From positions 46,832 to 110,831 of the forward strand of contig JAYYZZ010000001.1 of assembly GCA_036687665.1 (NCBI GenBank): DNA of 64,000 nt, read 5' to 3'. The notes below the pieces were generated by a model. It worked only from the letters and a program-made list of their open reading frames with translations, searched no databases and was not told the DNA's origin. Both the position numbers and the translations under genes were made by a program. Within the stretch, counting starts at the first letter, position 1, and each line of letters opens with the position of its first letter. This DNA comes from Pseudomonadota bacterium (GTDB lineage: Bacteria > Pseudomonadota > Gammaproteobacteria > Poriferisulfidales > JAYYZZ01). Positions 43,501 to 53,491 of the stretch are shown one piece after another.

Positions 43501-44271
43501 TTACGTTTTTTTATGTTTGCGCAATATTTCCCCAGCCAATGCTAAATATGCTCTTGCGCCACGACAGTTGTTATCATAACTTGTTATTGGCATACCATAG
43601 CTCGGGGCTTCTGCCAACGCGACGTTGCGTGGGATGATAGTACGAAATACCTGCTTCCCAAAATGTCTTAACAGCTCTTTAGATACATCTAGCGCTAAAT
43701 TATTCCTAGGATCAAACATGGTTCTTAAAATACCTTCCGTAGCTAGCTCTGAGTTTGTCGCATTACGAATGCGTTCGATAGTTTGCATTAACGCACTGAG
43801 GCCTTCCAATGCAAAATATTCACATTGTGTTGGGATAACAACACTTTTCGCAGCAACTAGAGCATTCACAGTTAAAATATTTAATGATGGTGGACAATCT
43901 ATCACGACATAGTCATATCTTTTACTCACCGCTGACAATATCTTTTGTAGTTGGAATTCTCGAGAACTGACACCCATGAGCTCGACTTCCGCGGTAGTCA
44001 AATTTTGGTTGGCGGGCAGTAAATCATAGCCGCTCTTTTCTGCTACTATCATTGCTTCATCAAAAGCGACCTCATTCAGTAAAAGATCTCCTGTGATAGC
44101 AGCAAGCTCCATCTTATTGATCCCGCTTCCCATTGTTGCATTACCTTGTGGGTCTAGATCAACAACCAACACTCTCTTACGCGACACAGCAAGGGCGGCA
44201 GCCAAGTTTACGCTTGTTGTGGTTTTGCCAACCCCTCCTTTTTGGTTACATACTGCGAGAACTCTAGCCAT
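43501..44271 (-). CDS. parA: Chromosome partitioning ATPase ParA/Soj
   Basis: NQKGGVGKTT, DLDPQGNAT, IDCPPSL, EYFALEG, IPRNVALAEAPSYG; start set at ATG 44271. Confidence 0.97.
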   Translation of the reverse strand: MARVLAVCNQKGGVGKTTTSVNLAAALAVSRKRVLVVDLDPQGNATMGSGINKMELAAITGDLLLNEVAFDEAMIVAEKSGYDLLPANQNLTTAEVELMGVSSREFQLQKILSAVSKRYDYVVIDCPPSLNILTVNALVAAKSVVIPTQCEYFALEGLSALMQTIERIRNATNSELATEGILRTMFDPRNNLALDVSKELLRHFGKQVFRTIIPRNVALAEAPSYGMPITSYDNNCRGARAYLALAGEILRKHKKT

Positions 44272-44917
44272 AAATACCTGTCTCATTATTAGGCGCCATT
44301 ATAATTAAATGCCTTTGTGCGTTGAGTTGTGGCACGTTTATTTTTTTTATATCAATAATGTTAAACAATTTCTCTGCTTCTTCTATTTCTTCTTTAGGGT
44401 ATTTTCCTTTCATGGCAAAAATTCTGCCATCAGCAGCAAGTAATTTTTTTATATCCTGCCCCATTTGGGCCAAAGTGTTATAGGCCCTTGATATTGCCAC
44501 ATCAAATAAAATCTCGCATTCATAATCTTGTACTCGTGTTTTTTTCACTTTAACATTTTTGATACCGAGCTCAAGGATGCATTGATGTAGGAAATTTGTT
44601 TTTTTTGCATTACTGTCTAGAAGCGTAAAACTAGTTTCAGGATTTGCTATTGCTAATGGTATCCCGGGCAATCCTGCGCCCGTGCCAACATCAAGAACTT
44701 TGTTAGCCTTAAGGTGTGGCAACACCGAAAGACTATCTAGTATGTGTGTGGGTATCATATCTTTGATTTCTTTAATCCCGCTTAAATTAAAAGCCTGATT
44801 CCACTTATGCAGTAAAGAAAGAAAATCGCACAATTGTTTTTCTTGTGCATCATTTAAGTCTAGTTTTAAGGCTAAGATACCTAGGTGAAGCTTTTCAAAT
44901 ATACTGGTGTTGCCCAT
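44264..44917 (-). CDS. rsmG: 16S rRNA m7G527 methyltransferase
   Basis: KWN..NL, HILDSL, DVGTGAGLPG, SRA, MKG. Confidence 0.97.
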   Translation of the reverse strand: MGNTSIFEKLHLGILALKLDLNDAQEKQLCDFLSLLHKWNQAFNLSGIKEIKDMIPTHILDSLSVLPHLKANKVLDVGTGAGLPGIPLAIANPETSFTLLDSNAKKTNFLHQCILELGIKNVKVKKTRVQDYECEILFDVAISRAYNTLAQMGQDIKKLLAADGRIFAMKGKYPKEEIEEAEKLFNIIDIKKINVPQLNAQRHLIIMAPNNETGIYG

Positions 44918-44919
44918 AG

Positions 44920-46791
44920 TTATGCTGTTTTTTTATAGCCCCCATGCGCCTTAAGAAAAACCTTTAATACTGAGACAGTAGCTGGGGTAATGCCTGGGAT
45001 ACGTGAAGCCTGCCCCAATGTCTCAGGGCGATGCTGCCCAAGCTTCTCTTTTGCTTCATTGGATAAAGACGCAATTGAGCCATAATCAAAGCTATCTGGG
45101 AAAATTAAGTTTTCATCATATTTCCTTTTATCTATCTGTGCTTGTTGGCGAGATATATACCCATCATATTTAATTTGTATCTGTGCTTGCTCCAAGACAT
45201 TGGGGTTCATTTCTCTATCTCGTGCAGCATATATTTCTTTAAAATCTAAATACTCCACATTTGGTCTTCGCAATATATCGGCCAAAGACTGTTGTGCCAG
45301 ATTTTTCTTAATAAGTCCGTGGTTGTTGGCGTCTTTTGTCGCGATAGTTGTTGCATTTAACCATTCCAACTCTCCGTCGATTGCTTCTTTTTTTGCGCTA
45401 AAGGCTGACCAACGTTTCTCATCAACTAATCCTAAATTATGACCTATCTCTGTAAGCCTTAAATCTGCATTATCTTGACGCAAACTAAGCCTATATTCGG
45501 CTCGACTAGTAAACATTCTGTATGGTTCGATTGCTCCATGTGTAACCAGATCATCAATGAGCACGCCTATATATGCTTGATCCCTTCGTGGATACCATGT
45601 GCTGTCGCCTAAGGTTATTTTTGCAGCATTAAGGCCGGCAATTAGACCTTGGGCCGCAGCCTCTTCATACCCTGTTGTCCCATTAATCTGGCCCGCAAAA
45701 AACAACCCCTTTATATGTTTAGTTTCTAAAGTTCTATCTAAACCTCTGGGATCAAAAAAATCATATTCAATTGCATAGCCAGGGCGCGTTATATGTGCTT
45801 TCTCAAACCCCTCTATTGATTGCACAAACTTTTCTTGTATATCAAATGGCAAGCTTGTTGAAATTCCATTTGGGTATATTTCGTTTGTATCTAATCCTTC
45901 TGGTTCTACAAATATTTGGTGCGAATCACGTTGCGAAAAACGCACAACTTTATCCTCAATCGATGGGCAATATCTTGGGCCTTTACTATCAATTGTGCCG
46001 TTGTACATTGGAGACAAATGTAAGCCTGAAGAAATGATTTCATGTGTGTGTTTGTTGGTCCGCGCAATATGACAAAGTGTTTGTTGTGGGTGATCTGCCT
46101 TCGACCCTAAATATGAAAATATAGGTAAGGGTTTTTCAGTGTGCTGCTTTTCAAGTTTATTGAAATCTATGCTACGCCCATCTATGCGTGGTGGTGTCCC
46201 TGTTTTTAGACGGCCAACATCAAATGGTAATTCACGCAATTTTTCCGATAATGTAATTGATGGGGCATCGCCCGCGCGACCACCTTTTTTTCTAGTTTTT
46301 CCTATATGTATTTCACCGCTCAAAAAAGTCCCTGTTGTAAGAATCACTGCTCTTGCCTCAAAAGTAAGGCCACCCTGTGTGATAACACCACACACAGATT
46401 CCCCGCGGATAAGCAAATCACTTACCTCTTGTTGGAAAATAGTTAAGTTTTCTTGTTTCTCAACTGCTTGGCGAATAGCTTTCTTGTACAACAAACGATC
46501 CGTTTGGGCTCGTGTTGCACGTACTGCGTGTCCTTTGCTTTTATTTAATGTCCTGAAATGAATGCCGCTCTTGTCAGCTGCTTGAGCCATTATGCCCCCT
46601 AGCGCATCTATTTCTTTTACCAAATGGCTTTTGCCAATGCCTCCGATAGCTGGGTTGCAGCTCATTTGTCCGATAGTTTCAATGTTGTGTGTCAATAATA
46701 AAGTGTGTGTACCAAGGCGGCTGGCAGCTAATGCTGCCTCCGTCCCTGCGTGGCCACCGCCCACTACTATGACATCGTATGTTTTATTCAT
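44920..46791 (-). CDS. mnmG: tRNA modification enzyme MnmG (GidA)
   Basis: [41 protein letters not shown]. Confidence 0.99.
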   Translation of the reverse strand: MNKTYDVIVVGGGHAGTEAALAASRLGTHTLLLTHNIETIGQMSCNPAIGGIGKSHLVKEIDALGGIMAQAADKSGIHFRTLNKSKGHAVRATRAQTDRLLYKKAIRQAVEKQENLTIFQQEVSDLLIRGESVCGVITQGGLTFEARAVILTTGTFLSGEIHIGKTRKKGGRAGDAPSITLSEKLRELPFDVGRLKTGTPPRIDGRSIDFNKLEKQHTEKPLPIFSYLGSKADHPQQTLCHIARTNKHTHEIISSGLHLSPMYNGTIDSKGPRYCPSIEDKVVRFSQRDSHQIFVEPEGLDTNEIYPNGISTSLPFDIQEKFVQSIEGFEKAHITRPGYAIEYDFFDPRGLDRTLETKHIKGLFFAGQINGTTGYEEAAAQGLIAGLNAAKITLGDSTWYPRRDQAYIGVLIDDLVTHGAIEPYRMFTSRAEYRLSLRQDNADLRLTEIGHNLGLVDEKRWSAFSAKKEAIDGELEWLNATTIATKDANNHGLIKKNLAQQSLADILRRPNVEYLDFKEIYAARDREMNPNVLEQAQIQIKYDGYISRQQAQIDKRKYDENLIFPDSFDYGSIASLSNEAKEKLGQHRPETLGQASRIPGITPATVSVLKVFLKAHGGYKKTA

Positions 46792-46829
46792 AAATGTATA
46801 TTAATCGTGTTCTGTTCTAAGGTCTCGTA

Positions 46830-48164
46830 CTATTTTCCAATACAAAAATTAGAGAAAATTTCTCCTAGCAAGTCGTCATTCGTGAACTCCCCTGTTATTT
46901 CAGAACAAGATTCCTGTGCAGCGCGCAGCTCCTCAGCAATGATCTCTGCATGCATGGGGGGTTGTGTAGCTCGCTCGACAGCATTTTTTGCTTTCTGTAA
47001 GGCAAGTATGTGTCGTCTTCGTGCAGTAAAAACACCTTCTTCTGTAGCGCCTGCTTCAGTTACCAATTTCTTGATCGCTGTTTTCAACCCCTGAACGCCT
47101 TCTCCTGTTAAAGCAGACACATTCATGGTTATCGCTTTGTCATCGCTGATTTTTTTTGCTAAGTCTATTTTGTTTCTAATGAGTATGTATTTCTTGTTTT
47201 TGTCTGCTTGTTTTTTTATTGCATTATCAATATCAGTCCATTTTTTTGTTCCATCAAATATATGAAGCACAACATCTGCTTTTTCAATTGCCCCCCATGC
47301 CCGCCTTACACCCTCTGCTTCGACTATATCTTTAGAATTTCGTATACCCGCTGTATCAATCGCTTTTATTGGAATTCCGTCGATTTGTAATTCTGCAGTG
47401 ATAGGGTCGCGTGTTGTGCCTGGAACCTCAGTTACTATGGAAGTCTCTTCGCCTGTGAAATGATTCATTAAGCTTGACTTGCCAACATTGGGCGCGCCAA
47501 TGAAAACTAACTTAAAACCTTCTTTAAGCAAATTACCATGTTTTGCGCTTTTAATGAGATTGGTAATTACATCATCAATTTCTTTGATATTTTTAACAAT
47601 TTCTGCATTTTCTAAAAAATCTATTTCTTCGTCAGAAAAATCAAGGGATGCTTCGACGTATGTGCGTAACTTGATAAGCTTGTCTTTAAGGTCGCTTGCA
47701 TGCCGAGAAAGGGCGCCGTCAAGAGACTTTGTCGCGGAGTACGCTGCCGAACGCGTGCTTGCATAAATAAGATCAGCAACTGCCTCTGCTTGTGATAAAT
47801 CCAATTTCCCATTTAAAAAAGCCCTTTGTGTAAATTCGCCCGGATTTGCAAGGCGCGCACCAAGCTCGACAATCGTTTCGAGCATAATGTCTATAACTAC
47901 AGGGCTGCCATGTGTGTGAAATTCAATAACATCCTCTCCTGTGAAAGATGCGGGCTGAGGGAAAAATATGACAATCCCCTGATCTATTTTTTTGTTAGCC
48001 GTTGTCATAAAAAAATTACAATGGTGTGCATATCTTGCCTTTAGTTGGCAATTGGTTATTTTTTTTGCAATTTTTTTCGATTCAGGCCCAGATACTCTGA
48101 TAACAGATATACCGCCGCATCCCGCAGCACTTGATAACGCTGCTATGGTTTCAGATTTTGGCAT
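46830..48164 (-). CDS. mnmE: tRNA modification GTPase MnmE
   Basis: SFTGED, GAPNVGKSS, PGTTRD, DTAG, NKID, C-terminal FCIGK; start set at ATG 48164. Confidence 0.98.
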   Translation of the reverse strand: MPKSETIAALSSAAGCGGISVIRVSGPESKKIAKKITNCQLKARYAHHCNFFMTTANKKIDQGIVIFFPQPASFTGEDVIEFHTHGSPVVIDIMLETIVELGARLANPGEFTQRAFLNGKLDLSQAEAVADLIYASTRSAAYSATKSLDGALSRHASDLKDKLIKLRTYVEASLDFSDEEIDFLENAEIVKNIKEIDDVITNLIKSAKHGNLLKEGFKLVFIGAPNVGKSSLMNHFTGEETSIVTEVPGTTRDPITAELQIDGIPIKAIDTAGIRNSKDIVEAEGVRRAWGAIEKADVVLHIFDGTKKWTDIDNAIKKQADKNKKYILIRNKIDLAKKISDDKAITMNVSALTGEGVQGLKTAIKKLVTEAGATEEGVFTARRRHILALQKAKNAVERATQPPMHAEIIAEELRAAQESCSEITGEFTNDDLLGEIFSNFCIGK

Positions 48165-48189
48165 GAGTTTTTTATCTAAATTTTTACTT

Positions 48190-49857
48190 CTATGCGTCAA
48201 GGCGCTTAATAATTACCCACTGTTGAGCAATTGAAAGCAGGTTATTTACAAACCAATAAAGAACTAGGCCAGAAGGGAAAAAAGCAAAAAATATTGTGAA
48301 CACTATAGGTAGTACGCTCATTATTTTTGCTTGAATGGGGTCCGGAGGGGTTGGGTTCAATTTTTGTTGAATAAACATAGTTATGCCCATGAGTAGAGGC
48401 AAAACAAAGTATGGGTCTTTAGATGAAAGATCATTAAGCCAGAGCATGAAGGGCGCTTGTCTTAATTCAACGCTTTCTAGCAATACCCAATATAAAGAAA
48501 TAAAAACCGGTATTTGTACTAATATTGGCCAACAACCACCAAGTGGGTTTATTTTTTCCTTTTTGTACATTTCCATCATTGCTTGATTAAGCTTTTGTCT
48601 GTCGTCGCCATATCTTTCTCGGAGCGCTTGCATTCTCGGTGTAAATTTCCGCATTTTTGCCATCGACCGATAGCTGGTTTCTGAAAGCTTGTAAAAAAGG
48701 AGTTTTATTAAAATTGTTACGAAAATAATCGACCAACCCCAGTTATTTATCACTGAATAAATATTGCTTAGAAGCCAAAATAACGGCTGAGCGATAAACG
48801 TAAAAATCCCATAATCTACAGTGAGTTCTAATCCGGGTGATATTTGGACTAACTTTTCTTGTTCTTTAGGTCCTGTATATAAAAAAGACCGGAAATTTTT
48901 TGTTTCTCCTGGGAGAATTTCTTGGGCAGGAGACCTCAGCCCAATTATATATTTCTTGCTGCCCAGATCGTCACCCACCGCCTTGGTGTAGTATAAGTTT
49001 GTTTCTTCGTTGTTGTCTGGCACCCAGGCTGAAACAAAATGGTGTTGTAACACGGCGGCCCACCCGCCTTTAATGTTCTTCGATAAGCTGCTTTTTTCCA
49101 TATCTTCAAAAGCCAGCTTTCTATATGTGTCGTCAAAATATGCGGCTCCTGTGTACGTAATTAAAAAATAAGATGTCTCTTCATCTCTTACCCCGCCCCT
49201 TTTAAGCTGCCTATATTGCCTTCCCACCCATTTATTTTGACTATTGTTTTTTACTTCATATATAACCTCTACCAAAAAGCTGCCGCGTTTTAGAATATAT
49301 GTTTTTTTAACAACTACCCCAGTTGGTGATTTCCAAAGGAGAGGAATCCTGATTTCGTTCTCATCTATATGCAACGCATAATTTTTTTTCGCATATGAGT
49401 AGACATTATTGTGGTTTGGTGCTTCAGAAGATTTGTTTTGTTTTCCAACCTTGTCGTGCAGTAACCCAGATTGGGCTATGTATAAGTGTTCTTCATTTTG
49501 GAAAAGTTGCACCGGTTTTGAGTCTATGTTTGTAGTCTCTGGGTATACCAGCAATTTGCTTTCGACTACATCGCCGCCTTTTGTGTCTATCGTAAGTGCA
49601 AGAACATCTGTCGTAGCTGTGATCACTCCCGCTGATTTTTTGTTGTCCGCGCTTGGTGCTGCGAGACTTGTGGTGCTTTTTGCGGCCTCTGGTATATCGC
49701 TATTTTTTGCTGTGGTCTCGTTGTTTTGTTCGGGCGCTTCTATCTGCTGGGTTGTGGTGCTGTCTGCTAGGGTCGTGTTTTCAATTTGCCACTGCTGCCA
49801 AAGCATAAAAACAAGCAGGAAAAAAACACCGTAGAGAAAAAGTCTTGGATTACCCAT
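48190..49857 (-). CDS. yidC: Membrane protein insertase YidC
   Basis: VDYG, NWGWSII, YKKEKINPLGGCWP, DPYFVLP, GLVLYW. Confidence 0.98.
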   Translation of the reverse strand: MGNPRLFLYGVFFLLVFMLWQQWQIENTTLADSTTTQQIEAPEQNNETTAKNSDIPEAAKSTTSLAAPSADNKKSAGVITATTDVLALTIDTKGGDVVESKLLVYPETTNIDSKPVQLFQNEEHLYIAQSGLLHDKVGKQNKSSEAPNHNNVYSYAKKNYALHIDENEIRIPLLWKSPTGVVVKKTYILKRGSFLVEVIYEVKNNSQNKWVGRQYRQLKRGGVRDEETSYFLITYTGAAYFDDTYRKLAFEDMEKSSLSKNIKGGWAAVLQHHFVSAWVPDNNEETNLYYTKAVGDDLGSKKYIIGLRSPAQEILPGETKNFRSFLYTGPKEQEKLVQISPGLELTVDYGIFTFIAQPLFWLLSNIYSVINNWGWSIIFVTILIKLLFYKLSETSYRSMAKMRKFTPRMQALRERYGDDRQKLNQAMMEMYKKEKINPLGGCWPILVQIPVFISLYWVLLESVELRQAPFMLWLNDLSSKDPYFVLPLLMGITMFIQQKLNPTPPDPIQAKIMSVLPIVFTIFFAFFPSGLVLYWFVNNLLSIAQQWVIIKRLDA

Positions 49858-50101
49858 TTTTATGTCTTTCCTGTGGTACGGGGTCGATGCCCCCGGGCGC
49901 CCACGGGTGACAACGCCCTAGTCTTTTTAAAGCTACAAAACTTCCTCGCAAAACCCCAAGCTTTTCTATTGCTTCTTCTGCATATGTAGAGCAACTAGGT
50001 GTAAATCTACAATGCTGCCCAACATACGGACTAAAAATTATTCTATATAGGCGGATTAGTTGGAGCAGGAATTTTTTTAAGAAGTATTCAATTTTGTCCA
50101 T
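49850..50101 (-). CDS. yidD: Membrane protein insertion efficiency factor
   Basis: CRFTPSCSTYA, RCHPW..GG.DPVP. Confidence 0.96.
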   Translation of the reverse strand: MDKIEYFLKKFLLQLIRLYRIIFSPYVGQHCRFTPSCSTYAEEAIEKLGVLRGSFVALKRLGRCHPWAPGGIDPVPQERHKNG

Positions 50102-50439
50102 GATTCCATTAGATCCTCTAAAAGCAGATGGTTGGCTGCGAGGTCAGCGTTTTTCTTACACATTACTACCACATCTATGCCTGATGCCATGTTTTTTCTA
50201 AAACTTTCCCGCACAAGCCGCTTTATTCGATTGCGCGCAACTGCCCGCTTTATATTTTTCTTTGAAATTGCTAGCCCAAGGCGTGGCATTTCCTCGCCGT
50301 CGCTTTCCCGAGCATACATTATAAAATACCTACTCTGTGTTTTCCTCCTGGCCTCGAAAACATTTTTATAGTGTTGTGAGCTAATGATGCGATTTTTTTT
50401 TGTTAGTTTTTCGCTGCTTATTTTAGTCGCGTGCGCCAT
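50077..50439 (-). CDS. rnpA: Ribonuclease P protein component
   Basis: PRLGLAISKK, AVARNRIKR..RESFR. Confidence 0.96.
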   Translation of the reverse strand: MAHATKISSEKLTKKNRIISSQHYKNVFEARRKTQSRYFIMYARESDGEEMPRLGLAISKKNIKRAVARNRIKRLVRESFRKNMASGIDVVVMCKKNADLAANHLLLEDLMESWTKLNTS

Positions 50440-50442
50440 TTT

Positions 50443-50577
50443 TTAAGGACAAAGGCGTGCTCGTCCGCGCGCCCTTCTTGCATTGATTACAGCGCGCCCG
50501 CTTTTTGTGCGCATTCTTGCGCGAAAGCCGTGTGTCCTTTTACGTTTTATATTGCTTGGCTGATATGTTCTTTTCAT
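50443..50577 (-). CDS. rpmH: 50S ribosomal protein L34
   Basis: Below the ORF-track size cutoff; manual translation [44 protein letters not shown]. Confidence 0.98.
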   Translation of the reverse strand: MKRTYQPSNIKRKRTHGFRARMRTKSGRAVINARRARGRARLCP

Positions 50578-50606
50578 ACTCTATAGTGCTTTGTTAGTTT
50601 CTAAAA

Positions 50607-50643
50607 GCCGGACGACCATACTGTTGAAAGGCTCTTTTGTCAA
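50607..50643 (-). promoter_or_regulatory. Sigma70 promoter of rpmH with GC-rich discriminator
   Basis: TTGACA-N17-TATGGT followed by CGTCCGGC. Confidence 0.7.
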
Positions 50644-50781
50644 TAAACTAATTTGTGTGGCTTTAAGTTTATGAATTACTTTTTCTTTTTTTTACATAGT
50701 AAAATTTTTTTAGAAATGTATTTTTTTTTAAAAATTTTTTTTCAGCAACAAAAGGATTTTAAATTTTTTATCACAAAAATG

Positions 50782-50810
50782 TAGACACCGGCAAAAGAAA
50801 TCTCTAAATT
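50782..50810 (+). promoter_or_regulatory. Candidate sigma70 promoter of dnaA
   Basis: TAGACA-N17-TAAATT, 58 nt before the TTG start. Confidence 0.45.
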
Positions 50811-50868
50811 TTAGATCCTGCATTATAACTATAAAAATATTATAACAATTAAAAAATAAGGTTGGATT

Positions 50869-52197
50869 TTGTCACAAACACTATGGCAGCAGTGCCTTTC
50901 GCGCATCGAAACAGAGCTAACGGAACAACAGCTTAACACTTGGGTAAGGCCGCTTCAGGCAGAAGAAAGCAATGAGCAGCTGAGGATATTTGCCCCGAAC
51001 CGGTTTGTTCTTGAGTGGATAAACGAAAATCTCTTAGAGAAAATTAGTTTATATATAAACAACTCTCCTTCAGAAGAGCCCCTTTCTGTGTCAGTTGAAG
51101 TAGGAAGCAACATTGAAGAGGTCCCCCTCAACAGCGGCGCTGGGGATAATATTTCTGCAAGCTCATCATTTGCCCCAGAAAATAATTTAAACAGCAATTT
51201 CACATTTTCAAGTTTCGTGGAAGGCAAATCAAACCAACTAGCTCGGGCGGCCGCGCTTCAGGTCGCAAATAATCCCGGCACTGCTTATAACCCTTTTTTA
51301 CTATACGGCGGCGTGGGGCTAGGAAAAACACACTTGATGCACTCAATAGGTAACCATATACAACAAATTAATCCGAACGCCAAAGTAGTTTATTTGCATT
51401 CTGAACGATTTGTTGCGGACATGGTAAGGGCGCTGCAACACAATGCTATGGGTGATTTTAAGGCATGTTATCGGGGGCTCGATGTGCTACTGATAGATGA
51501 TATACAATTTTTTGCTGGTAAAGAGCACTCTCAAGAGGAGTTCTTTCATACATTTAATGCCTTGCTGGAAGGGCAGCACCAAGTAGTACTGTCATGCGAT
51601 AGATATCCTAACGAGGTTGACGGCATAGAAGAAAGGCTGAGGTCACGCTTTGGTTGGGGGCTAACTCAGGCGATCGAGCCACCCGAGCTTGAAACAAGGG
51701 TGGCAATAATGCAAAACAAGGCTGCCCTTTCAGGAGCTAGGCTGCCGGATGACGTTGCTTTTTTTATAGCCAAAAGAATTAAGTCTAATATCAGAGAGCT
51801 CGAAGGCGCGCTGCGGCGCGTTGTCGCAAACTCTGAGTTCACTGGCAAGCCTATTACCCTCGACTTTGCAAAAGACGCTCTAAGAGACCTTCTGGCATCA
51901 CAAGACAAGCTTGTGACTATAGATAGCATACAAAAATCTGTCGCTAGTTATTATAAGATACGCGTCTCTGATCTTTTGTCCGCGAGGCGTTCAAGATCAA
52001 TTGCGCGCCCTCGTCAAGTAGCCATGTCTCTTGCTAAAGATTTGACATCGCACAGTCTTCCCGAGATCGGAGATTCCTTTGGGGGTCGCGACCACACAAC
52101 TGTTTTGCACGCCTGCAAAAAAATCTCGCAACTTAAAAAGGGAGATGTTCGTATAAAAGAAGATTGTATTAATCTTGTTCGTATACTAAGCAATTAA
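50869..52197 (+). CDS. dnaA: Chromosomal replication initiator DnaA
   Basis: [47 protein letters not shown]; TTG start. Confidence 0.99.
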   Translation: MSQTLWQQCLSRIETELTEQQLNTWVRPLQAEESNEQLRIFAPNRFVLEWINENLLEKISLYINNSPSEEPLSVSVEVGSNIEEVPLNSGAGDNISASSSFAPENNLNSNFTFSSFVEGKSNQLARAAALQVANNPGTAYNPFLLYGGVGLGKTHLMHSIGNHIQQINPNAKVVYLHSERFVADMVRALQHNAMGDFKACYRGLDVLLIDDIQFFAGKEHSQEEFFHTFNALLEGQHQVVLSCDRYPNEVDGIEERLRSRFGWGLTQAIEPPELETRVAIMQNKAALSGARLPDDVAFFIAKRIKSNIRELEGALRRVVANSEFTGKPITLDFAKDALRDLLASQDKLVTIDSIQKSVASYYKIRVSDLLSARRSRSIARPRQVAMSLAKDLTSHSLPEIGDSFGGRDHTTVLHACKKISQLKKGDVRIKEDCINLVRILSN

Positions 52198-52378
52198 CCT
52201 GTGTATAACAGGCGCAACCCTGTTAAATTTTTCGTAATTAAAGAAACTATTATTGGCTTGTAGTGCTAGAATAACAAGATAATCACAGGCTAATTTCTCT
52301 ATAAGTATTTGATTTTAAAGGGGAAATAAAGAATAGATAACAAAAAACAAGCGCACTACTACTGTAAATTATATATAT
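52198..52378. other. Probable replication origin oriC
   Basis: DnaA box TGTGTATAA (52200-52208); IHF consensus AATCAAATACTTA on the - strand (52302-52314); GCGC followed by ACTACTACT trio-like repeats and an AT run (52351-52380). Gene orientation diverges around the dnaA region. Confidence 0.75.
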
Positions 52379-53479
52379 ATGAAATATATTATTAATAGAG
52401 AAGATCTCTTAAAACCCTTGCAACAAATAACAAGCATTGTCGAACGAAGACAAACAATGCCCATCTTAAGCCACGTATTATTTAACAAAGGAACAGCCGG
52501 GCTCCAACTAACAACAACGGACCTCGAGGTCGAAATTGTTGCACAAGTTAAAAACGCTGCGGCACCCGACGAAGAAATCACACTGCCTGCACGAAAGTTC
52601 TTAGACATATGCAAGAGCCTTTCCGCAGAAAAAGATTTGGAGCTTGAAACAAGCGAAAACAAAACAACGCTCCGCTCCGGAAGAAGTCGCTTCTCTCTGG
52701 CCGCCCTGCTGGCAACAGAGTTTCCTGTTTTCGAAGACCAGGAAGAAACGAGTAAATTTACTTTTGAAACCACGGAGCTAAAAAAACTTATAGAAAGAAC
52801 CGCTTTCTCCATGGCGCAACAAGACGTTCGCTATTATCTGAACGGGCTCCTCGTTGAAATTACCCCAGAAAAGATCAGGGCTGTTGCAACAGACGGACAC
52901 CGGCTTGCGCTTGCAGAGGCTGACCACAAAGGCGGCGGTGACCAAACAGTACAGGCAATTATCCCAAGAAAAGGGGTATTGGAGCTTGCTCGCTTGCTGG
53001 GCGAGGAAGGAGAAACAGCAGAAATAGGGCTGTCAAAAAATCACCTAGTTGCCTCGCTTTCTGATTACAAGCTAACGTCAAAACTAATAGATGGCAAATT
53101 TCCAGATTATGAAAAGGTCATTCCCACTGACGGTGATAAAAAAATTATTGTCAGCGTTGCCTCGCTTAAAGAGGCTTTGCAAAGAGCGGCGATATTATCT
53201 AATGAAAAATACCGAGGAGTGCTTTTTCTTTGCGATGACGGGAAAATAAAAATACAAGCACAAAACCCCGAAAAAGAGGACGCGGAAGTCGAGCTTGAGG
53301 CCAATTACAGCGGAGAGGCTGTTGAAGTAGGTTTTAATGTAACCTACTTGCTCGAGGTGCTTGACGCCATTGAAGAAAAAAGCGCGGAGATAACCCTAAA
53401 AAACAGCAACAGCAGCGCTGTTATAACAGGACAGGGGGCTGAAGGCAGCAAGTACGTCATCATGCCAATGAGGCTTTAA
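52379..53479 (+). CDS. dnaN: DNA polymerase III beta clamp
   Basis: PIL, TDLE, QDVRYYLNG, ATDGHRLA, GKFPDY, C-terminal VIMPMRL. Confidence 0.98.
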   Translation: MKYIINREDLLKPLQQITSIVERRQTMPILSHVLFNKGTAGLQLTTTDLEVEIVAQVKNAAAPDEEITLPARKFLDICKSLSAEKDLELETSENKTTLRSGRSRFSLAALLATEFPVFEDQEETSKFTFETTELKKLIERTAFSMAQQDVRYYLNGLLVEITPEKIRAVATDGHRLALAEADHKGGGDQTVQAIIPRKGVLELARLLGEEGETAEIGLSKNHLVASLSDYKLTSKLIDGKFPDYEKVIPTDGDKKIIVSVASLKEALQRAAILSNEKYRGVLFLCDDGKIKIQAQNPEKEDAEVELEANYSGEAVEVGFNVTYLLEVLDAIEEKSAEITLKNSNSSAVITGQGAEGSKYVIMPMRL

Positions 53480-53491
53480 TTAAATAAAGCC

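Noticed and set aside
50660-50780. Long T and A runs upstream of dnaA as a possible origin or terminator
   Set aside because: No consensus DnaA boxes or GC stem; more simply explained as AT-rich UP/bending DNA between divergent promoters, although a bipartite origin is not excluded.
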